A DNA stretch of 50,505 nt from a virus (taxonomy: Duplodnaviria > Caudoviricetes). Every line of letters starts with the position of its first letter. Position 1 is the stretch's first letter. Position numbers and translations under genes: made by a program. The notes beneath the pieces are model-generated. The model did no database searches, had not been told where the DNA came from, and worked only from the letters and a program-made list of their open reading frames with translations. The DNA lies in the IMG/VR virus record IMGVR_UViG_3300017777_004495, positions 1 through 50,505 of that record; one strand, 5' to 3'. This document shows, in pieces, positions 17,279-25,515 of this stretch.

Positions 17279-17899
17279 TCAGTCCTTCTTCAGTGCGGCA
17301 ATCAACCTGCCAGTATGCCGGTCGTGCAACTTAGTATCGCATCCTGTGACCTCTACGCCAGCAGCATCTCCCAAGGCGCGCGCTAGCGCACAACGCCGAT
17401 GGCCCATCGGGATAGGCCGAAGCGAGCATCTTCCGGCAGACCAAGCACCGAGCCATTGCGCCGGACCTCCCTTGCACTGGTCTTTCCAGTAGACCATCAA
17501 ACGATAGGCTGCTTTTACGTTGGTCGCAGGATCGCGAAGCTGCTCCAGTGTCGCGCCCTTCCAACTGGCATCAATGTTCCCGAGGATGCTCGGCGTGGCC
17601 TTGCTGATCTGCATCGGCCCGAAAGCCCGGCACTTGGTACCGGTGAGCAGATACGAGCAATCGCCGTCCGGCGACTGGGGGCGATGGCGAGACTCTTCGT
17701 AACCGATTGCCGACAGAATCACCGCGTCGGCATCTGGTGAAATAAGCAATCCGGCCTTGCCGACGTCCAAGTAAATCCCAGACATCTCGTTTATGCCATC
17801 GAGATAAATATTGTGCTTGCCGCTGTGCAAGTCCGGCGACTCCACCAGAGCAATTTTTATCAGCAACGAAAACAGTTTAGCTATCGTCAAAGTGTTCAT
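17279..17899 (-). CDS. Lytic transglycosylase (SLT/GH23-like) with N-terminal hydrophobic segment
   Basis: AIGYEES (catalytic Glu), GPMQI, LRDPATNV, and AWSAG in place of AYNAG. Confidence 0.8.
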   Translation of the reverse strand: MNTLTIAKLFSLLIKIALVESPDLHSGKHNIYLDGINEMSGIYLDVGKAGLLISPDADAVILSAIGYEESRHRPQSPDGDCSYLLTGTKCRAFGPMQISKATPSILGNIDASWKGATLEQLRDPATNVKAAYRLMVYWKDQCKGGPAQWLGAWSAGRCSLRPIPMGHRRCALARALGDAAGVEVTGCDTKLHDRHTGRLIAALKKD

Positions 17900-18000
17900 A
17901 GTGTTGACAGTATCCAGATAAAAGCCGAGGCAGCGATAACTGCGGCGATAATTGATAAACCTTGGTGCCTTTTAGAGCAATGCTTGCAACTACAGATCAT
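17896..18000 (-). CDS. Unannotated 34-aa membrane peptide MICSCKHCSKRHQGLSIIAAVIAASAFIWILSTL
   Basis: Translated by hand. Fills the gap exactly, overlaps the upstream stop and is ATGA-coupled to the SLT gene. Single C-terminal TM helix. Confidence 0.6.
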   Translation of the reverse strand: MICSCKHCSKRHQGLSIIAAVIAASAFIWILSTL

Positions 18001-18553
18001 GACAGCACCGCGTTCCTGTCGCGTAGTCGTGCCACTTAGCGTCATGAACTCTGTTCAGTTCGCGGCATCCGCCGGGGCGTGACCAGAACCCGCGAGAGAG
18101 TCCGTATCCGCCCTTACCAAGCTGCACCCACTCCTGAATGTTTCCCATCAGTTGCGCGCCAGTTTTGCCTACGCATTGGGGGAATGCCGTAGGCGTAGCG
18201 TGCTGGTCTAGCCTGAACAGTTCAAACGGGTCGCGATAGGCCACTCTGCCCCAATCTGGCGCGATGTACGCCACGACAGCCGGACACGAAGCAGCCTCAG
18301 TGCCGTCGCAGGCAGATTGCCATTCGTGCCAAGAGCAGACGCGCTTACCTCGTGAGGCGCAAAGCGTCTCGGCGTCCCAGGTCGCGCCATCTAGCCGCAG
18401 ATACGGCTCGACGACAGCAGAGAGCCCGAGAAGCGGACCCTCTCCTGCGTAGTTAGGGAACGGCAGACGGTCGATGCAGACCGCAGCCGTTGCGAACGTC
18501 ATGTCCTGCGGACAAGCGGGAAGAGTAGGTGTGACAAATATGGACCACCACAT
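17990..18553 (-). CDS. Formylglycine-generating-enzyme (FGE/SUMF1)-like domain protein, Cys-rich
   Basis: CPQDM..CID..PN..A...C..RGKRVC...EW..AC, then GNIQEW, RGFW and a terminal GTRCC. Confidence 0.75.
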   Translation of the reverse strand: MWWSIFVTPTLPACPQDMTFATAAVCIDRLPFPNYAGEGPLLGLSAVVEPYLRLDGATWDAETLCASRGKRVCSWHEWQSACDGTEAASCPAVVAYIAPDWGRVAYRDPFELFRLDQHATPTAFPQCVGKTGAQLMGNIQEWVQLGKGGYGLSRGFWSRPGGCRELNRVHDAKWHDYATGTRCCHDL

Positions 18554-18593
18554 GGCGCACACCTAACCACGGAGGGCTCAGCTACGTCAAGAA

Positions 18594-18797
18594 TCAGAGC
18601 TTCTTCGGCCCGAATTTCTCGGCAGCTTTCTTGTCAGCAGCTAGCCTCGCCGCAAGAATTGCTGCGCGTTCGCGCAACTTGGCCACGCCCGCTTTTTCGT
18701 CGAGTGCGTGGAGGATCAAATCCGCAGCGGCATTGACCAGACCCGGCAAAAGAGCTTCCCAACTCAAAGTCGGTCCTCGGTCATCTTGTCCAGACAA
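18594..18797 (-). CDS. Hypothetical lysis-cassette protein
   Basis: Amphipathic and basic. Overlaps the upstream lipoprotein-like gene. Confidence 0.55.
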   Translation of the reverse strand: MSGQDDRGPTLSWEALLPGLVNAAADLILHALDEKAGVAKLRERAAILAARLAADKKAAEKFGPKKL

Positions 18798-18973
18798 GTA
18801 ACGTCAACACCTGAACGGCAGTTCAGATACTCGGCCTGACTTGACGACGACTCAACGCATTGGTCGTAAAGATTGGCGCACTGGACAACATTTTTGACTG
18901 CTGCCGGCGGCAGGCAGGAAGCCTGCCCGATAACAGCGAGCAACGCCAGGCAAGTGGATACTGGACTTGTCAC
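18764..18973 (-). CDS. Small Cys-rich putative lipoprotein (o-spanin candidate)
   Basis: Signal LALLAVIGQAS-C (non-canonical lipobox) plus four further Cys. Downstream of the holin candidate. Confidence 0.5.
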   Translation of the reverse strand: MTSPVSTCLALLAVIGQASCLPPAAVKNVVQCANLYDQCVESSSSQAEYLNCRSGVDVTCLDKMTEDRL

Positions 18974-19239
18974 GCTTCCGCCTTTGGCTCTTCGACCTTG
19001 GGCTCTTCGACCTTGGGCTCTTCGACCTTGGGCTCTTCGACCTTGGGCTCTTCGACCATCAGTTTAGGCTGCTGGAACAAATGCGTGACGGCGGTCACGC
19101 CAGCGAGGAGCGCACCGAGAACGATCTGTTTCGCGCCGAGGCCCTCGTGCGGGACCGAAATGTGCGCCATCACGCCGCCGATAAAAGCGGACATGACGAC
19201 AGAAATCCAAGCTTTCCAGTTAATCTTTTCCATATTCAA
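18970..19239 (-). CDS. Putative holin (2 TM helices) with charged (VEEPK)5 tail
   Basis: Two hydrophobic segments, charged C-terminus, position in the lysis cassette. Confidence 0.6.
   Translation of the reverse strand: MNMEKINWKAWISVVMSAFIGGVMAHISVPHEGLGAKQIVLGALLAGVTAVTHLFQQPKLMVEEPKVEEPKVEEPKVEEPKVEEPKAEA
18983..19057 (-). repeat. 15-bp tandem repeat x5 (VEEPK)
   Basis: GGCTCTTCGACC recurs at 18986, 19001, 19016, 19031 and 19046. Confidence 0.95.
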
Positions 19240-19607
19240 CCACGAAAGGCACGAGACACGAGTGCACCGAGCAGAGCAAGAGTCGCTCCGATAAATACCG
19301 CAAACACGCTGCGTTTGACGTCAGCTGTAGCAAGTTTGCGATCACCGTCTAGCTCTTTTGTTTTCTCCTCGACGCGATCAATCCGCAAATCGTGGACTTC
19401 AATCTTTGTGGTGTGCCCAGTCAAAAGGGCCATCGTCGCAGCGTGCCTGAGTTCGTTTTTCTCCGCTTCAATTCGGAGCATCTCCGAGAGATTTTCCCGA
19501 AGACTGACAATTGCGCTATTCGAGCGGTGCTCGTGCGCGGCAAATTTGTCGTCGAGGAGCTTCACTAGCTCGGTTGGGATGCTTCGGACAGTGCGTGCAG
19601 CGGGCAT
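19236..19607 (-). CDS. Coiled-coil protein with C-terminal TM helix (lysis-associated membrane protein)
   Basis: RIDRVEEK coiled coil followed by VFAVFIGATLALLGALV. Confidence 0.65.
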   Translation of the reverse strand: MPAARTVRSIPTELVKLLDDKFAAHEHRSNSAIVSLRENLSEMLRIEAEKNELRHAATMALLTGHTTKIEVHDLRIDRVEEKTKELDGDRKLATADVKRSVFAVFIGATLALLGALVSRAFRG

Positions 19608-19900
19608 CAGGCGACCCTCCGAAGCACGCGTTCTTTTTGATCCCAGCCCCAGCGTTCAGCTTCGTCCGACGAATCGAGATCGACGCCGCCTAGCGCAGCA
19701 ACTTTTTTGATTTTTTCGTCTCGCGCGGAGACAGCCTGCGACATGGCTCGGACGAGTTCTAGCAACGAGGATGGCAGAGCGGAATACGCAGTCAGGATTG
19801 CCAAAAGCGACATCACTTTTTCTTGGCTGCTAACGACGTCTTGTTGCAACCGCGACAACTCCCCCGCAGAAGAATCGTCGATTGAAATCTCGTTCGGCAT
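19607..19900 (-). CDS. Hypothetical protein
   Basis: Helical ORF, TGATG-coupled to the next gene. Confidence 0.6.
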   Translation of the reverse strand: MPNEISIDDSSAGELSRLQQDVVSSQEKVMSLLAILTAYSALPSSLLELVRAMSQAVSARDEKIKKVAALGGVDLDSSDEAERWGWDQKERVLRRVA

Positions 19901-19942
19901 AGCGGCAACGTACCAAATCTGAACCGATTTCGGAATGGAAAA

Positions 19943-20290
19943 TCATGCGGGGAACATGAGCAAGTCGATCAGCGCAGCGAGTTCGGGCTGCGTCATCTGC
20001 TCACCGCGCAGTCGTTTCTCTCGCGCGGATTCAACGAGAGCGGTGTTAGCAGCGGAGATTGCTGCAATTTTAGCTTCGCGCTCTTCGCGGGCGGCAATGG
20101 CTAACGTGCCGTTGTGCGCTGCGACCACGTTCTGCAACGATTCAAAGTCGTCCGCGCCGAGGTCGCAATCGAACCCGAAGCCGAGTTCGTCGTCACGCCA
20201 TTCAATGCAACACGCACCGAAACCGAGTGCTGATATTTGGGCGTGCAAGCTGTCTGCGTCGCAGTTGACGGGGCGGGGTAGATAAATCAC
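19943..20290 (-). CDS. Hypothetical protein, possible fibre assembly chaperone
   Basis: Follows a fibre-like gene with a GTGA overlap. Confidence 0.55.
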   Translation of the reverse strand: MIYLPRPVNCDADSLHAQISALGFGACCIEWRDDELGFGFDCDLGADDFESLQNVVAAHNGTLAIAAREEREAKIAAISAANTALVESAREKRLRGEQMTQPELAALIDLLMFPA

Positions 20291-20868
20291 GCGCCAAACT
20301 CCTCAACCGTCATAACGCTTGCGCAGACTCCACCGAAATACCTGCCCCCGTTGAAACCGTTAAACGTCATCGTCGATGCGGCGACAGGCCCCATGCGGAG
20401 CTTGAACGTAGTTGCAGTGGTCGAATTAGATGGAACAATCACGGTTATTCGCTGACTCACGCCCAGCGACGAGCCGACGCCCTGACTCGATGCCGCAATA
20501 GCAGCAGAGAACGAATCGCGAAACAACGCAGAAACAACGGTTCCAACTGCGCTTAAGTAGTAAAGCCCGACGTTTGCCGTAACGATAAGCGAGCTTGTTG
20601 CGCTTTGCGGCGTAATCGTCACCGACATGAATTGAGTCCCGGCAGTGTTGAACGGCGCGGTATCGTTACTCAACATTAGCGCCGTGCCAGTAAACACTCC
20701 GGTAACAGGCGACGATACAATTTGCCGCGTGCCCGTGGCGTATCCGCCTCCGCCGCCGCCTGCCGATACCGTCGTCGGCACCCACATGTTCGCAGCTGAC
20801 GACCAACCTGGCACCTGACCGTTGGACGCTCCCGATTGCGCGAGTTGTTTCAAACTTAGACGGGTCAT
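20287..20868 (-). CDS. Short tail-fibre/adhesin-like protein
   Basis: NGQVPGWSSAANMWVP..GGGGG linker and a SVTITPQSATSSLIV..TTFKLR..TVEE beta-sandwich typical of phage fibre tips. Confidence 0.65.
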   Translation of the reverse strand: MTRLSLKQLAQSGASNGQVPGWSSAANMWVPTTVSAGGGGGGYATGTRQIVSSPVTGVFTGTALMLSNDTAPFNTAGTQFMSVTITPQSATSSLIVTANVGLYYLSAVGTVVSALFRDSFSAAIAASSQGVGSSLGVSQRITVIVPSNSTTATTFKLRMGPVAASTMTFNGFNGGRYFGGVCASVMTVEEFGA

Positions 20869-20885
20869 TCGGAAAGCACGCTAGC

Positions 20886-20930
20886 AAAAAAAGCTAGCGA
20901 CTGCGCGCCTAACCACGCAGCCGCTAGCTT
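20886..20930 (-). terminator. Intrinsic terminator after the 601-aa fibre/decoration gene
   Basis: Minus strand AAGCTAGCGGCTGCG-loop-CGCAGTCGCTAGCTT followed by a T-tract. Confidence 0.75.
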
Positions 20931-20933
20931 AAG

Positions 20934-20966
20934 AATCAGAACATCAATCAGAACATCAATCAGAAC
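20934..20966 (-). repeat. 12-bp tandem repeat x2.75 that duplicates the stop-codon context
   Basis: AATCAGAACATC repeats. On the minus strand: TTC TGA TTG ATG TTC TGA TTG ATG TTC TGA. Confidence 0.9.
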
Positions 20967-22765
20967 GCCATGAAGTTGAAGTCCACAACGTCGCTCGCGT
21001 CCAGTTGGAACCCGGCAATCGAGCCGTTCCAGTAGAGCTTGTCGCCGCTGGCGAGTGCGTTGGTCGCCTTGGCAGTCGAACCCAGGTCTGCCGAGAAATA
21101 GCAGTCCTTGGTTTTCACGCCGTTGCCGACAACGTATTGAAGACCGTTGACCATCACGGCAGCGTAACCGCTGAGAGCAGGCGCAGCAGAGAGGCCCGTG
21201 GCGCAAGCGGCATCGCCGTTGGCGCTCGTGACAGAAGCCGCCATGCCTTTGTTGGCACCCGACTCTGAGGGGGCTGCGTGGACGTGATCGGCACGCGCGA
21301 ACGAACCAGACGATCCTTCAGCGTTCGCCGAACCAACAGCCACCGCAGCGGCAGTCGGGAAACTGTGCGAGTGGTCGGTGCGCGCCGCGCTGTCGAGCAC
21401 GCCAGCGGCTTTGGAGCCACCAGCAGCAGCAGCGGAGATGTCGCCGAGCGCGCCGAAGAGCACGGCAATCGCGTCGGAACTGACCGAGATACCAGCACCC
21501 GCGCCGACCGCGAGAGCCGAGCCGCCGCCGCCAGTAAGACCGGCACCCGCAGCACCAGCCGCGATGCGAAGTGCGTCGCTGCTGATCTCAATCGTGGTGC
21601 TGTCTACGTTGACGTCGAGCGTGTTGCCGCTCTTGGAAAGACCTGAGCCGGCAGTCAGCTGGCCCGCGCCGCTGAACTGAACGAACACGAGCGCCGTGGT
21701 GTTCAGAACGATGACGTCGGCGGTCGAGAGAACCCACGCGCTGTTCGCGTAGCTGGTGCCCTCCGAGACGTACATATACATCCCGGCAGTAACTTCAGCG
21801 GACGAATCCGCATCCGTGGCGCGGAGAAGAGCCCAGGCACTAGCGCCGGAACCCGCCGTGGTGACGGTGTAGATGCCGTTTTGCGAAGCCGAAGACTGCC
21901 CGGCCAACAGGACGCGGTTGCCTGCGGCCATCGCCACGCCGTCAATCGAAAGCGCGCCGTTGCCAGAGGCAACGAGCGTGTTCGACATGAACGTGCCGGA
22001 AAGCGCCGTCGTGCTGACCGCGCGAACCGATTGTTTGAAATCGGTTAATCCCTGCGCCAGCGAATCGACGTAGGCTTTGTTCGCCGCGTCGCCGTCAGAC
22101 GTCGGCATTCCGACGTTCGTCAGCTTGAATCCGCCCATCGACTGAGCAGCCGAGAAAGCGTTCGCGCCGCTAGCGACGATGATCGACGAATCGACCTTCG
22201 CGCTGGTGACAGCGTTCGCCGCGATGGCGGCAGTGCCAACCGCGCTGCTTGCGATTTTGGCGGCAGTGACCGCGCTCGCATCGAGGGCCGTAGTGTCGAC
22301 CGAGCCGCTCGCAAGCTTCGCGGACGAAATCGCACCGTCGAGAATTTTCGCGCCCGTGACCGCAGCGTCGTTGATCTTGGCGGTCGTGATCGACGCGTCG
22401 ATGATTTTCGCGGTCGAAACCGAAGCGTCGTTGAGCTTGGCGGTCGTGATCGCCGAGTCTTGAACGTTGCCGGTGGCGACGGAAAGCAGTGCGAGAGCGG
22501 CGTTGTCCACCGCGCCGCTGGCGAGCTTCGCGGTCGTGATCGAAGCGTCGTTCAGCTTCGCGGTCGTGATCGCCGCGTCTTGGATTTTGATCGTCGAGAC
22601 GCTCGCCGAAGCGAGCGCAGCAGCTTCGACTGAGCCTGCTGCAAGTTTCGCGGCAATGATCGCCGCGTCGTTAATTTTCGCCGACGTGACGGACGAATCT
22701 TGCAGGTTTGCTGTCTGGACGCCGTTTGCGCCCGTACCTAGCTGTTTCCCTTTAATAAGTGCCAT
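20960..22765 (-). CDS. Long fibre/virion structural protein with decapeptide repeats
   Basis: Many DASITTAKLN-type repeats, DAANKAYVD, a KQSVRA..IDGV..GNRVLL..QNGIY fibre domain, two DHxH motifs, and strong codon bias. Confidence 0.8.
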   Translation of the reverse strand: MALIKGKQLGTGANGVQTANLQDSSVTSAKINDAAIIAAKLAAGSVEAAALASASVSTIKIQDAAITTAKLNDASITTAKLASGAVDNAALALLSVATGNVQDSAITTAKLNDASVSTAKIIDASITTAKINDAAVTGAKILDGAISSAKLASGSVDTTALDASAVTAAKIASSAVGTAAIAANAVTSAKVDSSIIVASGANAFSAAQSMGGFKLTNVGMPTSDGDAANKAYVDSLAQGLTDFKQSVRAVSTTALSGTFMSNTLVASGNGALSIDGVAMAAGNRVLLAGQSSASQNGIYTVTTAGSGASAWALLRATDADSSAEVTAGMYMYVSEGTSYANSAWVLSTADVIVLNTTALVFVQFSGAGQLTAGSGLSKSGNTLDVNVDSTTIEISSDALRIAAGAAGAGLTGGGGSALAVGAGAGISVSSDAIAVLFGALGDISAAAAGGSKAAGVLDSAARTDHSHSFPTAAAVAVGSANAEGSSGSFARADHVHAAPSESGANKGMAASVTSANGDAACATGLSAAPALSGYAAVMVNGLQYVVGNGVKTKDCYFSADLGSTAKATNALASGDKLYWNGSIAGFQLDASDVVDFNFMAF

Positions 22766-22776
22766 TGTATTTCCGA

Positions 22777-23463
22777 TCAGGTGAGAATGATGTCGCAGCG
22801 CAAAACATCCGGCTCGCCCCCGCCAGTGGGCGCGAGCACGGTCTGAATTGTAGTAGGTCCGGTAACCGAGTAATCGACGCCCGGCGTCTGATATACGCCG
22901 TTTAAGTAGAGGGTTATCTGTGAAAAAGCAACCGAGACGGTGAAAGTTCTGTTTGAGCCGTCAATCGCCCCAGCTGGCGTGATGTTCATGCTCACCGCGT
23001 TGCCGGTTTGGATCACTTTATCCGCAACAATCCAGGCTTTTGACGCGGAGACGATGGACACCGCGCCGTAATTTGTGCTGATGACGTAGGACGAAGCGCC
23101 GTTGATTAGACCGCTGCCCGAGACGGTTACCGTCACGTTGTTCGTTGCGGCGTTTCCTGCGATGTCAATTATTGAGATCGTGCGATCTTCGGCAGACAAC
23201 GCGGTCGGCAGTACGATACTGATCGCGCCTTCCGCTGTTTGGCAGTCGATTCGCGTGTCGTCTGCGTCAACAGAATACGATGAACCGCCCTGAACGGGCG
23301 TGCCTTCGTGAACCACAGCACTGGCAAAAACCGCACGCTGATTGACGACAACCGAAGTCGCCGTGGAAGCCATCACAGCAACCCCGTCGACGTACGTCGT
23401 CATCACCGACGCGCCCAACGAGTCGGTGAACGTATTCTCGAAGCCGTTCAGCGTTGCGGGCAT
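22777..23463 (-). CDS. Virion structural protein (fibre/baseplate-associated beta domains)
   Basis: ISIVLP..IIDIAGNAATNNVTV..INGA module and a GAIDGSNRTFT..LYLNGVYQ..DY module. Confidence 0.65.
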   Translation of the reverse strand: MPATLNGFENTFTDSLGASVMTTYVDGVAVMASTATSVVVNQRAVFASAVVHEGTPVQGGSSYSVDADDTRIDCQTAEGAISIVLPTALSAEDRTISIIDIAGNAATNNVTVTVSGSGLINGASSYVISTNYGAVSIVSASKAWIVADKVIQTGNAVSMNITPAGAIDGSNRTFTVSVAFSQITLYLNGVYQTPGVDYSVTGPTTIQTVLAPTGGGEPDVLRCDIILT

Positions 23464-23490
23464 AGATTGTCCCTGTGATGCGAGTGCGTA

Positions 23491-25131
23491 TCAGGCGTTG
23501 CCTACGACGGACTGGTATCGAATCGTAGCTGCGACGTTCAACGTCGTTGCGCCCGCCGCGTTGGTGAACGTGACGAGCGCGTTGTTTCCGCTCACAACAA
23601 TCGTAGCGTCCCAACTTGCCGCGACGCCAGCGGATTCAACCGTAGCAGGGCCAAGCACACCCGTAAGAATGATCGCGCCTGCGCCGTTGCGGTGGACGCA
23701 CGCTTGCCGGACGTACGCTGCGCGGTTAGCTGACGCAATATCTCGCACAACGATGCTCGCTTCGATCCACATGCAGCAGAAGTCGGGTACGGCAATCGTC
23801 GCGATAGTGTTCGCCGCAAATCCGGTGCACTGAAATGCGCCCGTTTGTTTGAAGGCTTGAGAGCCGGTAAACCCGTCGTGCGTTTTCGTCGCAACGGTCT
23901 GCGACGTCAGCGTATTGAACCGCAAGGTTTCCGCGCCGAGATTCGGAGTTTTGTCTACTAGCACCGTCAAGTTGCCGGACAACTCCAGCGGAGCAGCCAC
24001 GCGAATCGTCGTCGTGGTGCCGGTGACTGCAATCTGTTGCACCGTGGCGCTAGATTGATTGATCAGCAAACCGTTCGACGAGGCGTCTGTGACGTACAGG
24101 CCCGCCGCCGATTTGACGTTGACTCGCGCGTTCGCGGTAATCTGCCCCGTCGCGCCCGCGTTCAGCGTGAGCGCGCTGTTTGTGTTCGACGTGTTGCCAA
24201 TCGCGACTGCTTGCTGCGCCGCGCCGGTTCCGATCTGAATTGTCTGCGGTGCTGCGCCGGTTCCGATGTTGATTGCACGAGCGGTCGCAGACACGCCAAT
24301 ACCAATAGCGCCGGAACCCGCTTCGAGCGTGAGCGACGACGTGCCGTTCGCCGAGCCGAGGGCGACGGTGTTGTTGGCTGCGCCGTTGCCAATCGCGATG
24401 GCTTGATCCAACGTACCTGTGCCGATGCTGATGGTGCGCGCGGCGTTCGTCGTGCCGATGCGGATCGCGCCGGTCGCCGACTGAACGTCCACGGTGCCCG
24501 TGCCGCTCGCGGTAAAGCTGAGTGCCTTGTTCGCCGCGCCGCTCCACGCGATTGCGCCGGACCCGAACGCCATGTCTGCGCCACCCACGGCAAAGCTGAC
24601 GGCATTGCTGGTGTTAACGCGCACGATTTCGACGTCTGCGTTGTTTGCCGCGTTGCGCCCGACGAACGTGGTGTTGTTCGTCGCCATCGCGATGTTTCCC
24701 GATGCCGTCAGCGCCGAGAGCTTTAGCGCCTGATCTGCGCCGATGGTGAGTTCGTCTGCTCCGGTGTTGAGGCAGAGATTCCAGCGAGAGTTGCCCTCGT
24801 CCCAAAGCATCGTCGACTTGGCACGAGCGACACTTGCAACGGCACCGCGATAAACCGAGATGCCCGTAATAAGCGTCGGCACCGGGTCGTTCGCGCCTGC
24901 CGATTTGTTGACCGTGATAATGCGGTCGGCGATGTCGACGACGGTGGAATTTATCGTGGTGATTGAACCAGTTACGATAAATTCGCCGGTTGACGTGAAG
25001 CGCGCACGTTCCGTGTTGTTCGTGATGAACACCAACGAATAGGCGTCTTGTGTGCCGATAGTCAGATCGGCACCGAGCGCCGAACCGCCGTTCACGACAA
25101 CAGCTGATCCGAGTAGTTGGCTAATTGGCAT
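23491..25131 (-). CDS. Tail fibre-like protein with IxIGTG beta-repeats
   Basis: TNNTERARF, TTINSTVVDIADRIITVN, and repeated ISIGTG/INIGTG/IQIGTG. Confidence 0.75.
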   Translation of the reverse strand: MPISQLLGSAVVVNGGSALGADLTIGTQDAYSLVFITNNTERARFTSTGEFIVTGSITTINSTVVDIADRIITVNKSAGANDPVPTLITGISVYRGAVASVARAKSTMLWDEGNSRWNLCLNTGADELTIGADQALKLSALTASGNIAMATNNTTFVGRNAANNADVEIVRVNTSNAVSFAVGGADMAFGSGAIAWSGAANKALSFTASGTGTVDVQSATGAIRIGTTNAARTISIGTGTLDQAIAIGNGAANNTVALGSANGTSSLTLEAGSGAIGIGVSATARAINIGTGAAPQTIQIGTGAAQQAVAIGNTSNTNSALTLNAGATGQITANARVNVKSAAGLYVTDASSNGLLINQSSATVQQIAVTGTTTTIRVAAPLELSGNLTVLVDKTPNLGAETLRFNTLTSQTVATKTHDGFTGSQAFKQTGAFQCTGFAANTIATIAVPDFCCMWIEASIVVRDIASANRAAYVRQACVHRNGAGAIILTGVLGPATVESAGVAASWDATIVVSGNNALVTFTNAAGATTLNVAATIRYQSVVGNA

Positions 25132-25144
25132 CGTCGTCGCCCTT

Positions 25145-25513
25145 TCAGTTCGCGTTCACGAAATCTGCTTCGAGCCAGAAGTCCGCACCGCCGAGAGTCT
25201 TTGTCGCTTGCGTTGTCGACGAGCACCAAGAAAGCCCGGCCGAAAGGTACCGACCGCCTTCAGGATAGGTGATCGATACAGTCGCGCCGTTCAGGACAGG
25301 AATCGGAATGAGCGACGGCATAGAACCATCGGCAGGCACCACGGTCGTGTTGAACAAGTGCAGATACCGAGTAGCGCCTGACGCGTTCGTGACGCGAATT
25401 TCCTTCACGATACAGGGGGCGTACGCGATGACGCCTTCGTCCTGCTGGACATCAGAGAAATAGTTCGTGACGGGAATGCGACCAGCGGGAATGGGGGAAT
25501 GTACGGTGCTCAT
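25145..25513 (-). CDS. Small beta-sandwich virion protein
   Basis: VTNASGATRYLHLFN..P..P pattern in the structural cluster. Confidence 0.65.
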   Translation of the reverse strand: MSTVHSPIPAGRIPVTNYFSDVQQDEGVIAYAPCIVKEIRVTNASGATRYLHLFNTTVVPADGSMPSLIPIPVLNGATVSITYPEGGRYLSAGLSWCSSTTQATKTLGGADFWLEADFVNAN

Positions 25514-25515
25514 TT

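Noticed and set aside
17990-18553. Diversity-generating retroelement targeting the FGE/C-type lectin fold
   Set aside because: No reverse transcriptase and no second copy of the 3' end differing at adenines was found in the window.
19231-19239. Lambda-type dual-start holin motif (TTG-AAT-ATG)
   Set aside because: The intervening residue is Asn rather than Lys/Arg and the first codon is a weak TTG, so support is insufficient.
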